This document shows, piece by piece, positions 16,213 to 25,423 of a stretch of DNA of 32,000 bases. Numbering within the stretch: position 1 is the stretch's first letter; every line of letters begins with the position of its first letter. The DNA lies in the NCBI GenBank assembly GCA_963675915.1, contig OY780959.1, positions 1-32,000 of the forward strand. The letters run 5' to 3'. A program made the position numbers and the translations under genes. The stretch comes from Coprobacillaceae bacterium (GTDB taxonomy: Bacteria > Bacillota_I > Bacilli_A > Erysipelotrichales > Coprobacillaceae). Below the pieces are notes generated by a model that ran no database searches, was not told the DNA's origin, and was given only the letters and a program-made list of their open reading frames with translations.

Positions 16213-17589
16213 ATGAAAGAAAAAGTACAAAGTGTCGGCCGCTTTCTCAGCGGTATGGTTATGCCAAACATCGGAGCGTTTATCGCTTGGGGATTGATTA
16301 CCTCATTCTTTATTCCAACTGGATGGATTCCAAATGAAACCTTCGCTGGTTTAGTTGGTCCCATTATCACATATCTTTTACCGCTATTGATTGCCTATAC
16401 AGGTGGTAAGATGGTTCATGGAGCTCGTGGTGGAGTTATCGGGGCCATTGCAACTATGGGGGTTATCGTTGGTTCCGGGAATGTAATGTTCCTTGGAGCA
16501 ATGATGGTAGGTCCGGCTGCGGCTTGGGTATTGAAACAATTTGATGAAAGAGTTGAAGATCATATCCGCCCGGGATTTGAAATGTTGATCAACAACTTCT
16601 CACTGGGAATTATTGCTTTTGGTCTGGCTTTATTGTCAATGAAAGGTATCGTTCCTGTTGTTGATGGAATCACCAATGGTTTGTCTGCAGGAGTTCAATT
16701 CTTCGTTGACAGAAATTTATTACCTCTTGCATCGCTGTTCATTGAACCGGCTAAAATCCTGTTTTTGAACAATGCCATCAATCATGGTATCTTCTCGCCT
16801 CTTGGAATTGCCCAGGTTGAAGAAGTAGGTAAGTCGATTTTCTTCCTGCTTGAAGCCAATCCGGGACCAGGTCTTGGTATTTTGTTGGCATACATGATTG
16901 CTGGAAAAGGAAACTCGAAAGCTTCTGCACCTGGTGCGATTATCATCCATTTCCTTGGTGGTATCCATGAAATTTATTTCCCATTCGTATTGATGAATCC
17001 GTTGTTGATTCTGGCTGTAATTGCCGGGGGAGCTTCAGGTGTTCTTACATTCTCATTATTCAACGTCGGTCTTACTGCACCTGCTTCACCAGGTTCGATT
17101 CTGGCAGTATTGGCGATGTGTTCAAGAGACAGTTATATCGGACTGATTTTAGGGGTAGCTATTGCAGCTGCGGTTTCAATGATTGTCGGTATTGCAATCC
17201 TGCGTTTTTCTTCAAAAGACGGTTCTTTGGAAGCGGCTCAGGAAAAAACAAGTGCCATGAAAGCTGCTGCTAAAAATGTGGCAACAACTGCGGAACCTGT
17301 TATCGGTAAAGTGAAAAAAATTGCTTTTGCCTGTGATGCCGGAATGGGATCAAGTGCCATGGGAGCATCGGTATTGAAAAAGAAAATAAAAGAAGCCGGA
17401 TTGGATATCGAAGTAATTCACACATCGGTTTCGTCAATTCCTGAAGATGTTCAAGTTGTCGTAACTCACGAAGAGTTGGAAGCTCGGGCTCGAACAAGCA
17501 ATCCAAGTGCAAAGCTGGTATTGATCACCAATTTCCTTGGTGCGCCTGAATATGACGAATTAGTTGAGTATTTACTGGAAAATAGATAG
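16213..17589 (+). CDS. mtlA: PTS mannitol-specific EIICB
   Basis: VQSVGRFLSGMVMPNIGAFIAWG, NNAINHGIFSPLG, EANPGPGLG and GGIHEIYFPFVLMNP. C-terminal EIIB has KKIAFACDAGMGSSAMGA. SD AAAGGAG. Confidence 0.95.
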   Translation: MKEKVQSVGRFLSGMVMPNIGAFIAWGLITSFFIPTGWIPNETFAGLVGPIITYLLPLLIAYTGGKMVHGARGGVIGAIATMGVIVGSGNVMFLGAMMVGPAAAWVLKQFDERVEDHIRPGFEMLINNFSLGIIAFGLALLSMKGIVPVVDGITNGLSAGVQFFVDRNLLPLASLFIEPAKILFLNNAINHGIFSPLGIAQVEEVGKSIFFLLEANPGPGLGILLAYMIAGKGNSKASAPGAIIIHFLGGIHEIYFPFVLMNPLLILAVIAGGASGVLTFSLFNVGLTAPASPGSILAVLAMCSRDSYIGLILGVAIAAAVSMIVGIAILRFSSKDGSLEAAQEKTSAMKAAAKNVATTAEPVIGKVKKIAFACDAGMGSSAMGASVLKKKIKEAGLDIEVIHTSVSSIPEDVQVVVTHEELEARARTSNPSAKLVLITNFLGAPEYDELVEYLLENR

Positions 17590-17604
17590 ATATCCCCAAA
17601 AACC

Positions 17605-17627
17605 GGGCACGGAAGTGTCCCTTTTTT
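17605..17627 (+). terminator. Weak terminator/attenuator-like hairpin between the two EIICB genes
   Basis: GGGCAC-ggaa-GTG(T)CCC with one bulge, followed by T6. Confidence 0.4.
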
Positions 17628-17652
17628 GGTATAATAACTTTAGGTGATTATA

Positions 17653-18969
17653 ATGAAAGAAAATATTATTAAAATTGCAAAGTTTTACGCTTCGGTGATA
17701 ATGTCATGCATCGGGATTTTCATCTTCCTGGGAATTTTGAACACGATAAACAGCTTTCACCCCAATGAGATTACAGCCAAAGGGACTGAGATGATAATCG
17801 ACATCATCCTCCCGGTGATGATAGCTTATCTTTCCAGCAAACGGATTTCCAACCACCAGGGTGGGATAATTGGGGCACTGGGGGTTTTGGGTCTGGTTGT
17901 CAGCCAAACGTCCTTCAATATCATCGGAGCTTTTATAATCGGAACCGGTGCCGGTCTTTTGACTGCCCGGGTTTTGGAACGGCTATTTGAAAAAATACCT
18001 TCTGGTTTCGAATTGCTGATCAAGAATCTGGTTATCGGAGTAGCGGCCTTGATAATCAACGTTGCAGCCTTGTATCTGCTTATTCCCGGACTTGAAGTCC
18101 TGGGTGATTCCTGCATCAAAGCAATCGATTATCTCATCTCCAACGAGTTGCTACCCTTGATTGCGATAATAATCGAACCGGGAAAGGTGTTCTTTTTGAA
18201 TAATTTGATCAATCACGGAATTCTGGTTCCGATTGGTCTTTCCCAGGTAAGCCATGAGGGCAGTTCGATTTTGTTTTTCCTGGAAACCAATCCTGGGCCT
18301 GGAGCCGGGGTGATTTTAGCGCTGGCATTTACCCGGAAGCGGGAATTGAAACAGATGCTTTCTTATGGGCTGGTTGAGTTTTTAGGTGGGATTCATGAGA
18401 TTTACTTTCCGATTGTGCTGGAATTCAAGCAACTGTTCATTTCGCTGATTCTCGGGGGAATGACCGGAATCATCACAATCGAACAAATGGGAATCGGTCT
18501 GACCAATCCGATAAGTCCCGGAAGTATCCTGACCATAATTCTGGGGACTACTCCCAAGATGCAATCGATGGTCATAGTTCCGATAATGGCTTCGTTTCTG
18601 GTTTCGCTTATCACCGGAATGGTTTTGCTTCAAATGAAGAAAAACCCCAAGAAAGAATTGCGCAGTGAGCCAATTCGAGCTGAAAAAATTCATAAAATCG
18701 TATTCACCTGTGATGGTGGGTTTGGATCTTCGGTGATGGGTTCTTCCCTTTTCAAACGCAAGATCAAAAAATATAATTACAATATCGAGGTTGTAGCCAA
18801 ATCAGTAGACACCATCGATGATGACGGTGATATCATCGTTTGTCAGGATGGGTTCCAGGATACTGTCAGGCAATATCAACCTGAAAAGGAAATATATGTG
18901 GTAAAAGAATTTCTGGATAATTCAAGTTACCAAAAACTGATTGAAATGATTATGGAAAGGAACCAGTGA
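17653..18969 (+). CDS. Second, divergent mannitol-family PTS EIICB
   Basis: Keeps NNLINHGILVPIG, ETNPGPGAG, GGIHEIYFPIVL and the EIIB motif KIVFTCDGGFGSSVMGS. Its N-terminus lacks the canonical MtlA motif. ATG 6 nt after AGGTGA. Confidence 0.85.
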   Translation: MKENIIKIAKFYASVIMSCIGIFIFLGILNTINSFHPNEITAKGTEMIIDIILPVMIAYLSSKRISNHQGGIIGALGVLGLVVSQTSFNIIGAFIIGTGAGLLTARVLERLFEKIPSGFELLIKNLVIGVAALIINVAALYLLIPGLEVLGDSCIKAIDYLISNELLPLIAIIIEPGKVFFLNNLINHGILVPIGLSQVSHEGSSILFFLETNPGPGAGVILALAFTRKRELKQMLSYGLVEFLGGIHEIYFPIVLEFKQLFISLILGGMTGIITIEQMGIGLTNPISPGSILTIILGTTPKMQSMVIVPIMASFLVSLITGMVLLQMKKNPKKELRSEPIRAEKIHKIVFTCDGGFGSSVMGSSLFKRKIKKYNYNIEVVAKSVDTIDDDGDIIVCQDGFQDTVRQYQPEKEIYVVKEFLDNSSYQKLIEMIMERNQ

Positions 18970-18970
18970 T

Positions 18971-21028
18971 ATGAGTTTTGCACCAAGAGTCAATAGTATT
19001 TTGCTAGAACTGTTAAAACATGATAATCTTTCCGTCAAGGAATTGGCCGCTTTGGTCGGGGTATCCAAAAGAACCATGCAGCGGGAGCTGAACAATATCA
19101 ATTATGAACTGGATGATTTTGCTCTTAGTTTCAAGACCAAACCCGGTAAGGGAGTCTGGCTTGAAGGGACCGAGGAGGCCAAACTGGCATTGCTAAGGGA
19201 AATAGAAGGCGATACCACGATTGATAATTCATCTGCCCAGGCCCGACAAAAGAAAATCCTGCTCGAATTGCTCAAGACCCAGAATGTGCAAAAAATAATC
19301 ACTTTTGCCAGAATGATTGATGTCTCCGAAGCGACAATCAGGCTCGATCTCAAGGAAATTGAAAAATGGCTCCGGTCTTTTGAGCTTGCTTTGGAAAAGA
19401 CGCCTGGTCTTGGAGTGCGTTTGCGCGGTAGTGAAGCCGATGTAAGAAGGGCAATCAGAGCCTATTTCACCAACTTTGCCACTCACAACAAATCGGGACA
19501 GCGGTTTGATGAAATCAAAGAATTCATGGTCAACAATCATCAGGAGATTACGGAATTGCTTGATGAAGATATCCTTGATCGGGTTATTGACTGTCTTGAA
19601 GACATTGACTCCAACCAGATCAGCAAGTTGACTGAAAGTTCCTACATCGGACTGGTAATCCATCTGGCGATAGTTGTCAAACGGATTCAGGATGGTGAAA
19701 CCATCACTTATAACAAAGAGTTGATTTCAAGCAGCGATGATGACAATGAGGCCAAACTGGCCAGAATTATCGCCGAGTTTCTGGAGGCGGAATTTGATAT
19801 CGAACTTGATGAAATGGAGCAATATTACATTGCACTCCATCTCAAAGGGACCAAGCACCAGATGATGGATGCCAAAAATCTGAATATCGACAATGTCTCA
19901 ATCAGGATTCTGATCAATGAAATGATTGATGCATATGATGAAAAGTTGGCTTTCCGGCTTAAACAGGATGATATCTTTATCAATGGCTTGCTGGCTCATC
20001 TCCAGCCGACCTTGATCAGACTGAACAATGACATGGTTATTTCCAATCCGTTGCTCGAGCAGGTCAAGAGCAAATATCCTATGGAATTTGAAAAATGCCA
20101 AAAGGTTGCTGATGTTCTTGAAAAGTGGACTGGTAGAGTAGTGCCCGTCGGAGAAGTCGGTTTTTTGACGATCCATTTCGGAAGTGCCGGAATCAGGATG
20201 AATGTTCAGGATAAAATCCGTCGCAAGGTAAATGTCGGGGTTATCTGCGCTACCGGAATTGGCTTGTCCCGGCTGATGGCGGTAAGTCTTGAAAAAAAAT
20301 ATGGTGAAAAAATCAATGTTTACTCCTATTCGAAAAATGATGCATTCAATGATGACAGGATCGATTTCTATCTCTCCTCAATCAAGATTGAACATCCCGG
20401 CAACAATCTGATTTATGTCAATGCGATTATCAGTGATGAAGATGAAAAAAATATCGAAACGGCAATTGAGGAATATGCTTATCAGCCTGAAAAAAATAAT
20501 GACAGGAAAATAGATGTTTTGGACAAACTAGAAAAAATTCATTATTACAGTCATATTATCAATGAACTGCTGACAAATCTGGCGGTGTTCAAGGTTTCCG
20601 GGAACAGTTCCTTTGAATCCATTGTCCGAGTGATTGATGAAGGATTGGGGGAAGCTGGCGATTTCGGAATTTATGATGACCTGATGAGAAGAGAAAAGAT
20701 CGGAAGTCAGATTTTCAAAGAACTCGGATTTGGGTTGCTTCATAGCAAAACAGCAGGAGTTGACAAGCCGCTGATTGCCATAATTATCCCGGACAAAGGC
20801 GAGAGTTTTAGCGATAAATATCTTGAAAATGTCGGAGTTATCGTTTGTCTGCTGATGCCAATCAATGACCGAGTCAGTGAAAATTCGGAAATTCTCGGCT
20901 ACTTCTCTTCAATATTGATTGAAGATGATGAGCTTCTGGGAATTCTCGGGCGGGGCGAATCGGATCAAATCACCGATTATCTCGCCAAACACTTCGAATT
21001 GTTTCTAAATAATGTGATCCGATCATAA
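18971..21028 (+). CDS. mtlR: PRD-containing mannitol operon transcriptional activator (HTH-Mga-PRD1-PRD2-EIIB(Gat)-like-EIIA(Mtl)-like)
   Basis: 685 aa. N-terminal wHTH LSVKELAALVGVSKRTMQRELNNI. PRD histidines (HLAIVVKR, LLAHLQPTL). EIIB-like VGVICATGIGLSRL and EIIA-like GLLHSKTAG. Its ATG lies 1 nt after the stop of the preceding gene. Confidence 0.92.
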   Translation: MSFAPRVNSILLELLKHDNLSVKELAALVGVSKRTMQRELNNINYELDDFALSFKTKPGKGVWLEGTEEAKLALLREIEGDTTIDNSSAQARQKKILLELLKTQNVQKIITFARMIDVSEATIRLDLKEIEKWLRSFELALEKTPGLGVRLRGSEADVRRAIRAYFTNFATHNKSGQRFDEIKEFMVNNHQEITELLDEDILDRVIDCLEDIDSNQISKLTESSYIGLVIHLAIVVKRIQDGETITYNKELISSSDDDNEAKLARIIAEFLEAEFDIELDEMEQYYIALHLKGTKHQMMDAKNLNIDNVSIRILINEMIDAYDEKLAFRLKQDDIFINGLLAHLQPTLIRLNNDMVISNPLLEQVKSKYPMEFEKCQKVADVLEKWTGRVVPVGEVGFLTIHFGSAGIRMNVQDKIRRKVNVGVICATGIGLSRLMAVSLEKKYGEKINVYSYSKNDAFNDDRIDFYLSSIKIEHPGNNLIYVNAIISDEDEKNIETAIEEYAYQPEKNNDRKIDVLDKLEKIHYYSHIINELLTNLAVFKVSGNSSFESIVRVIDEGLGEAGDFGIYDDLMRREKIGSQIFKELGFGLLHSKTAGVDKPLIAIIIPDKGESFSDKYLENVGVIVCLLMPINDRVSENSEILGYFSSILIEDDELLGILGRGESDQITDYLAKHFELFLNNVIRS

Positions 21029-21175
21029 ATAATGTGTTTCATTTGAATTTCTCGGTTGTAAGTGATAAATTGATTTTAATAAATCCGGTAACATTAGATT
21101 ATTTAATCGTTACTTTGGGTAGCGGGTCCGGATCCGAAACGATTCAATAAGGACTAAATGGAAGGGGAAATTAAA

Positions 21176-21772
21176 ATGAATGGATATATTGATTTGATTA
21201 AAAAAAGAAGAAGCAATTATTCGCTGGGTCGCAATATCGAGGTTGACGATGAACGGATTATTGAGTTGGTTGAAACTGCGGTTTTGTACAACCCTTCACC
21301 CTACAATTCACAGGCTTCGAAAGTGATTGTGCTATTCAATGAGGAGCATGACCGTTTATGGGAAGCGATTAAAGCGGCTTTGGAACAAATAGTCAAACCG
21401 GAACGGTTTGAAAGAACCCGAAAAAAGATTGATGGCTTCAAGAGCGCTTATGGAACCATTCTATACTTTTCTGATGAAAACATCATGGACGACTTGAGGG
21501 AAAAATTTCCCAAATATGCCCATAATTTCACTCTTTGGTCACAGCAGTCGGGCGGAATGCTGCAATATGCGATTTGGACCGGATTGGGGACGCTGAATCT
21601 CGGTGCCAGTTTGCAACACTATAATGAAGTTATTGAGGACCAGGTCCGGGATATGTATCATGTCGATTCCAAATACCGCCTGCTAGCGCAAATGCCATTT
21701 GGTTCGATTGAGAAAGCTCCCAAAGAAAAGGAAATCAGTCATGAAGACCGGATTGAAATAATCGGAAGATAA
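21176..21772 (+). CDS. Nitroreductase family protein
   Basis: LIKKRRSNYSL and PSPYNSQ motifs. Start set at the ATG 8 nt after GGAAGGGGA. Confidence 0.85.
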   Translation: MNGYIDLIKKRRSNYSLGRNIEVDDERIIELVETAVLYNPSPYNSQASKVIVLFNEEHDRLWEAIKAALEQIVKPERFERTRKKIDGFKSAYGTILYFSDENIMDDLREKFPKYAHNFTLWSQQSGGMLQYAIWTGLGTLNLGASLQHYNEVIEDQVRDMYHVDSKYRLLAQMPFGSIEKAPKEKEISHEDRIEIIGR

Positions 21773-21779
21773 TAATCAA

Positions 21780-21821
21780 AACACCCTAGCTAAACTAATT
21801 TTCAGTCAGGGTGTTTTTTTG
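21780..21821 (+). terminator. Intrinsic terminator after the nitroreductase gene
   Basis: AACACCCT-20 nt loop-AGGGTGTT followed by T7. Confidence 0.65.
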
Positions 21822-21837
21822 TTGCAATTACGAATAT

Positions 21838-21870
21838 TTGGCACTAAGTGCCAGTGCCAAATCGAATTTT
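21838..21870 (+). promoter_or_regulatory. Putative MtlR operator, site B
   Basis: TTGGCAC-taa-GTGCCA-GTGCCAA-ATCGAATTTT. Same composite motif and length as site A. Confidence 0.55.
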
Positions 21871-21877
21871 CAAAACA

Positions 21878-21906
21878 TTGAAATGTATGGGGTTTAAGGA
21901 GATAAT
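21878..21906 (+). promoter_or_regulatory. Putative sigma-A promoter PmtlF
   Basis: TTGAAA-17 nt-GATAAT. The -35 again starts 40 nt after the first base of the operator block. Confidence 0.55.
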
Positions 21907-21946
21907 TGGAGTGTAGAAAAAATCTGATTACGAAAGGAAAGTTGTT

Positions 21947-22411
21947 ATGTTGTTTGGTAAAAGCAAAGCAAAGAAAATAGAAATACCTTTATTGAAAAAA
22001 GATAATGTCATAGTTGGAGCAAAAGCTGAAAACAAAGTTGATGCGATCAAACAGGTCGGTCAGCTATTGGTCGACAGTGGATATGTAAGAGAATCATATA
22101 TTGAGGGAATGATTGCCAGAGAGGATACTTTCGCCACTTATATGGGAAATTATCTGGCGCTGCCTCATGGAGTCGAAGCTGTCAAGGATGATATCCTGAG
22201 TTCGGGAATCGCAGTAATGATATTCCCGGATGGAGTCGACTGGGATGGCAACGTTGCTAAAATTGTGATTGGGATTGCCGGTAAAGGCGGTGAACATATC
22301 GAAATCCTTTCCAATATTGCAACCAAGCTGATTGATGTCGAGGTTTGCGAAGAGATCATCGAAAGTGATCCGGAAGCGATTTATGAAATATTGACTAGTG
22401 GGGTGGAATAA
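21947..22411 (+). CDS. mtlF: PTS mannitol-specific EIIA
   Basis: 154 aa with REDTFATYMGNYLALPHG (phosphorylatable His) and IVIGIAGKG. Confidence 0.92.
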   Translation: MLFGKSKAKKIEIPLLKKDNVIVGAKAENKVDAIKQVGQLLVDSGYVRESYIEGMIAREDTFATYMGNYLALPHGVEAVKDDILSSGIAVMIFPDGVDWDGNVAKIVIGIAGKGGEHIEILSNIATKLIDVEVCEEIIESDPEAIYEILTSGVE

Positions 22412-23343
22412 TGATAGTAACTATTACAATGAATCCGGCCATCGACAAGACGATTGAAATCACTGAATTCAATCTGGGTGGTCTCAACCGAATCAAAACA
22501 GTGATCCAGGATGCCGGTGGGAAAGGAATCAACGTTTCCAAAACCATCAAGGCTTTGAACGGCGACTCATTGGCATTGGGGTTTGTCGGTGGTAATACCG
22601 GGAGGTTCATCACTGATTCGCTGGACAAAATCGGTGTCAGTCACGATTTTGTCAAACTCGATGAGGATACCCGAGTAAACACCAAGGCGATTGAAGCTGA
22701 TGGAAGAGTTACTGAAATAAACGAACCGGGACCGATAATCAATACCGCCAAAGTAGACGAGTTGTTGGAAAAGGTGCGTCAGTATGCCAATGAAGATACC
22801 TTGTTTGTGGTGGCTGGATCGGTGCCTCAGGGAGTTTCCAAAAATATTTATTCGAAAATTACCGATATCGCCCATCTTGCCGGGGCCCAAGTCCTGCTTG
22901 ATGCCGATGGTGAACTGTTTAGAGAAACGCTGGTTTCCAACCCTGATTTCATCAAGCCTAATCGGGAAGAATTGGAAGCTTATTCGAATCTCAATCATAA
23001 GCCAAGTCGTGATGAGCTTATTGAAATCGCCCGGGACTTGAAAACCAAAGGTGTCGGGAATGTGGTTGTTTCAATGGGAAAAGCCGGTGCATTGTTTTTA
23101 ATGGAAGAGCAGGAAGTATTCGTACCGGGCCTGAAGGTTGAAGCGCATTCGACTGTAGGAGCTGGGGATGCCCTGGTGGCCGGACTGGCGTACAGCATTG
23201 AAAATAAACTGGATTTTGAAGAATTGGTCAGATTATGTGTCGGGGTTTCCGCTGGGGCGGTGACGACCATCGGAACAAAACCGCCGGAGTTGGAATTGGT
23301 CAATCAATTAAAAGCACAAGTAAAAATTGAAAATATAGGTTAA
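22411..23343 (+). CDS. fruK: PfkB-family 1-phosphofructokinase-like sugar-phosphate kinase (FruK/LacC type)
   Basis: MIVTITMNPAIDKT, AGGKGINVS, GAGDALVAG. The ATG overlaps the mtlF stop (TAATG). FruK and tagatose-6-P kinase cannot be told apart by eye. Confidence 0.8.
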   Translation: MIVTITMNPAIDKTIEITEFNLGGLNRIKTVIQDAGGKGINVSKTIKALNGDSLALGFVGGNTGRFITDSLDKIGVSHDFVKLDEDTRVNTKAIEADGRVTEINEPGPIINTAKVDELLEKVRQYANEDTLFVVAGSVPQGVSKNIYSKITDIAHLAGAQVLLDADGELFRETLVSNPDFIKPNREELEAYSNLNHKPSRDELIEIARDLKTKGVGNVVVSMGKAGALFLMEEQEVFVPGLKVEAHSTVGAGDALVAGLAYSIENKLDFEELVRLCVGVSAGAVTTIGTKPPELELVNQLKAQVKIENIG

Positions 23344-23354
23344 GGAGAAAATAT

Positions 23355-24620
23355 ATGAAAACAAAAGCAGTAAGAATGTATGGAGCAGACGATCTTCGTT
23401 TGGAAGAATTTGAATTACCACAAATCAAAGATGATGAAATTTTGGTCAAAGTAATGAGTGACAGTATCTGTATGTCGACCTACAAACTGGCGATTCAAGG
23501 TAAGAAACACAAAAGAGCGCCCCAAAATATCGATACCAATCCAATCATTATCGGTCATGAATTTGCCGGTGTGATTGTCGAAGTCGGTGAAAAATGGAAA
23601 GATCAGTTTAAACCGGGAATGAAATTCGCGCAACAGCCGGCCTTGAATTACAAAGGATCACTGGCGTCACCGGGATATTCATATGAGTTCTTCGGCGGAG
23701 CCTGCACTTATTGTATCATTCCTCAGGAAGTGATGGAACTGGGTTGTTTGATGGAATACAACGGTGAAAGTTTCTTCGAAGCTTCACTTGGCGAACCGAT
23801 GTCTTGCATTATTGGGGGATATCATGCCAATTACCATACCAACAAGCGCAACTACGATCATGCCGGAGGAACTAAAGAAGACGGGAATATCATCATCCTT
23901 GGGGGATGTGGTCCAATGGGTCTTGGTGCCGTTTCGTACGGTCTGCAATTTGAAAACAAACCAAAACGAATTGTGGTATCCGATATTGATGATGCTAAAA
24001 TCGCTCGGGCTCGAGAAGTCATTTCTGAAGAATCAGCTAAGGAAAAAGGGGTTGAACTGATCTATGTCAACACTGCTAAAATGGCTGATCCAATCAAGGA
24101 ATTGCGTGATATCACAGATGGTGTCGGGTATGATGATGTGTTTGTCTATATCCCTAACCGCGCCGTTGCTGAAATGGGTGACAAACTCTTGGCATTTGAC
24201 GGTTGTCTGAACTTCTTTGCCGGTCCGACTGACAACCAGTTCTCAGCCCAAATCAACCTTTACAATGTCCACTACATCGCAACTAAAATCATCGGTTCTA
24301 CCGGTGGGAACAATGATGATTTGATCGAAGCCAATGAGTTGGCGGCCCAAAAACGGATTGAACCGGCGGTAATGGTGACTCATGTCGGCGGGATTGACTC
24401 AATTGCCAAGGCAACTCTAGATCTCCCAAATATTCCAGGTGGTAAAAAATTGACGTACACTCAATTAGATATGCCACTTACTGCAATTGAAGATTTCGAA
24501 GAATTGGGTAAAACCGACCCATTGTTCAAAAAACTTGATGAAGCATGCAAGGAAAATCGTGGTTTATGGAATGCCAAAGCCGAACAAATCCTGTTTGAAC
24601 ACTATAATGTAACATACTAA
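23355..24620 (+). CDS. Zn-dependent medium-chain dehydrogenase of the ~420-aa L-sorbose-1-phosphate reductase (SorE)-like type
   Basis: DSICMS and GHEFAG (Zn ligands), GGCGPMGLG (Rossmann fold). The 421-aa length is typical of SorE-like enzymes rather than ~345-aa GatD or sorbitol dehydrogenases. SD AAGGAG. Confidence 0.75.
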   Translation: MKTKAVRMYGADDLRLEEFELPQIKDDEILVKVMSDSICMSTYKLAIQGKKHKRAPQNIDTNPIIIGHEFAGVIVEVGEKWKDQFKPGMKFAQQPALNYKGSLASPGYSYEFFGGACTYCIIPQEVMELGCLMEYNGESFFEASLGEPMSCIIGGYHANYHTNKRNYDHAGGTKEDGNIIILGGCGPMGLGAVSYGLQFENKPKRIVVSDIDDAKIARAREVISEESAKEKGVELIYVNTAKMADPIKELRDITDGVGYDDVFVYIPNRAVAEMGDKLLAFDGCLNFFAGPTDNQFSAQINLYNVHYIATKIIGSTGGNNDDLIEANELAAQKRIEPAVMVTHVGGIDSIAKATLDLPNIPGGKKLTYTQLDMPLTAIEDFEELGKTDPLFKKLDEACKENRGLWNAKAEQILFEHYNVTY

Positions 24621-24636
24621 TATTTACAATTTGCCC

Positions 24637-24665
24637 AAAGCAACCGATCTCCCGGTTGCTTTTTG
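24637..24665 (+). terminator. Intrinsic terminator ending the mtlF operon
   Basis: AAAGCAACCG-atctcc-CGGTTGCTTT followed by TT. Confidence 0.8.
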
Positions 24666-24709
24666 CCTGTTTGATAGGTTATCATTAATGATGATGGGAG
24701 GAATTGATC

Positions 24710-25423
24710 ATGAAAAAAATTCTTAGAAGAATCCTGATAATCATAGCAGGATTGATCGTGATTTTAGCAGTCGGTTTCTTTTTTTATGTTAATGATTACT
24801 ACCGGGCGGATGAGACAGCTCTGGCGGTTTTGGAGCTTGATGGAGTAACTTTGCAACAAAATGGAGATATTTATTTTACCGCCAATGATCTTCCTGACCA
24901 TGAGGAGGATGACCTGGTGATTTTCTATCCTGGTGGCAAGGTCGAGGAACAGGCATATCTGCCGCTGGCCAAGAAAATATCCGAAGCCGGAATCAATGTG
25001 GTGGTGCTCAAGATGCCGTTTCGACTGGCGGTTTTTGGCATCAACAAAGCCGATAATTACATCAACAAGATTTCAGAAATTGACGATTACTATCTGATGG
25101 GACATTCGCTTGGCGGAGCGATGGCCAGCTATTATTCCAGCAAAAATCAGAATACAGTTTCCGGATTGATCCTGCTAGGAGCTTACCTGTACGGCGATTA
25201 TCCTGAAGAAAAACAGCTTACCATCTATGGTGAAAATGATGGGGGCATAACTGAAAATATCGACTATGAGAAAAATATTTATGAAATACCAGGCGGAAAT
25301 CATGCGGCTTTTGGTAATTATGGGGCCCAAAAAGGCGACGGCGAACTGGAGATAACCAGGGAACAGCAACAGAATATCGCGGTTGAATACATCCGGGAGT
25401 TTATCGGGAAAGGGGAGTTTTGA
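24710..25423 (+). CDS. Membrane-anchored alpha/beta hydrolase
   Basis: N-terminal TM segment (ILIIIAGLIVILAVGFFFY) and nucleophile elbow GHSLGG. ATG 9 nt after GGGAGG. Confidence 0.8.
   Translation: MKKILRRILIIIAGLIVILAVGFFFYVNDYYRADETALAVLELDGVTLQQNGDIYFTANDLPDHEEDDLVIFYPGGKVEEQAYLPLAKKISEAGINVVVLKMPFRLAVFGINKADNYINKISEIDDYYLMGHSLGGAMASYYSSKNQNTVSGLILLGAYLYGDYPEEKQLTIYGENDGGITENIDYEKNIYEIPGGNHAAFGNYGAQKGDGELEITREQQQNIAVEYIREFIGKGEF

Noticed and set aside
16107-16337. 76-aa ORF overlapping the mtlA promoter and start
   Set aside because: It overlaps the promoter and the 5' end of a clear mtlA gene in another frame. It has no RBS.
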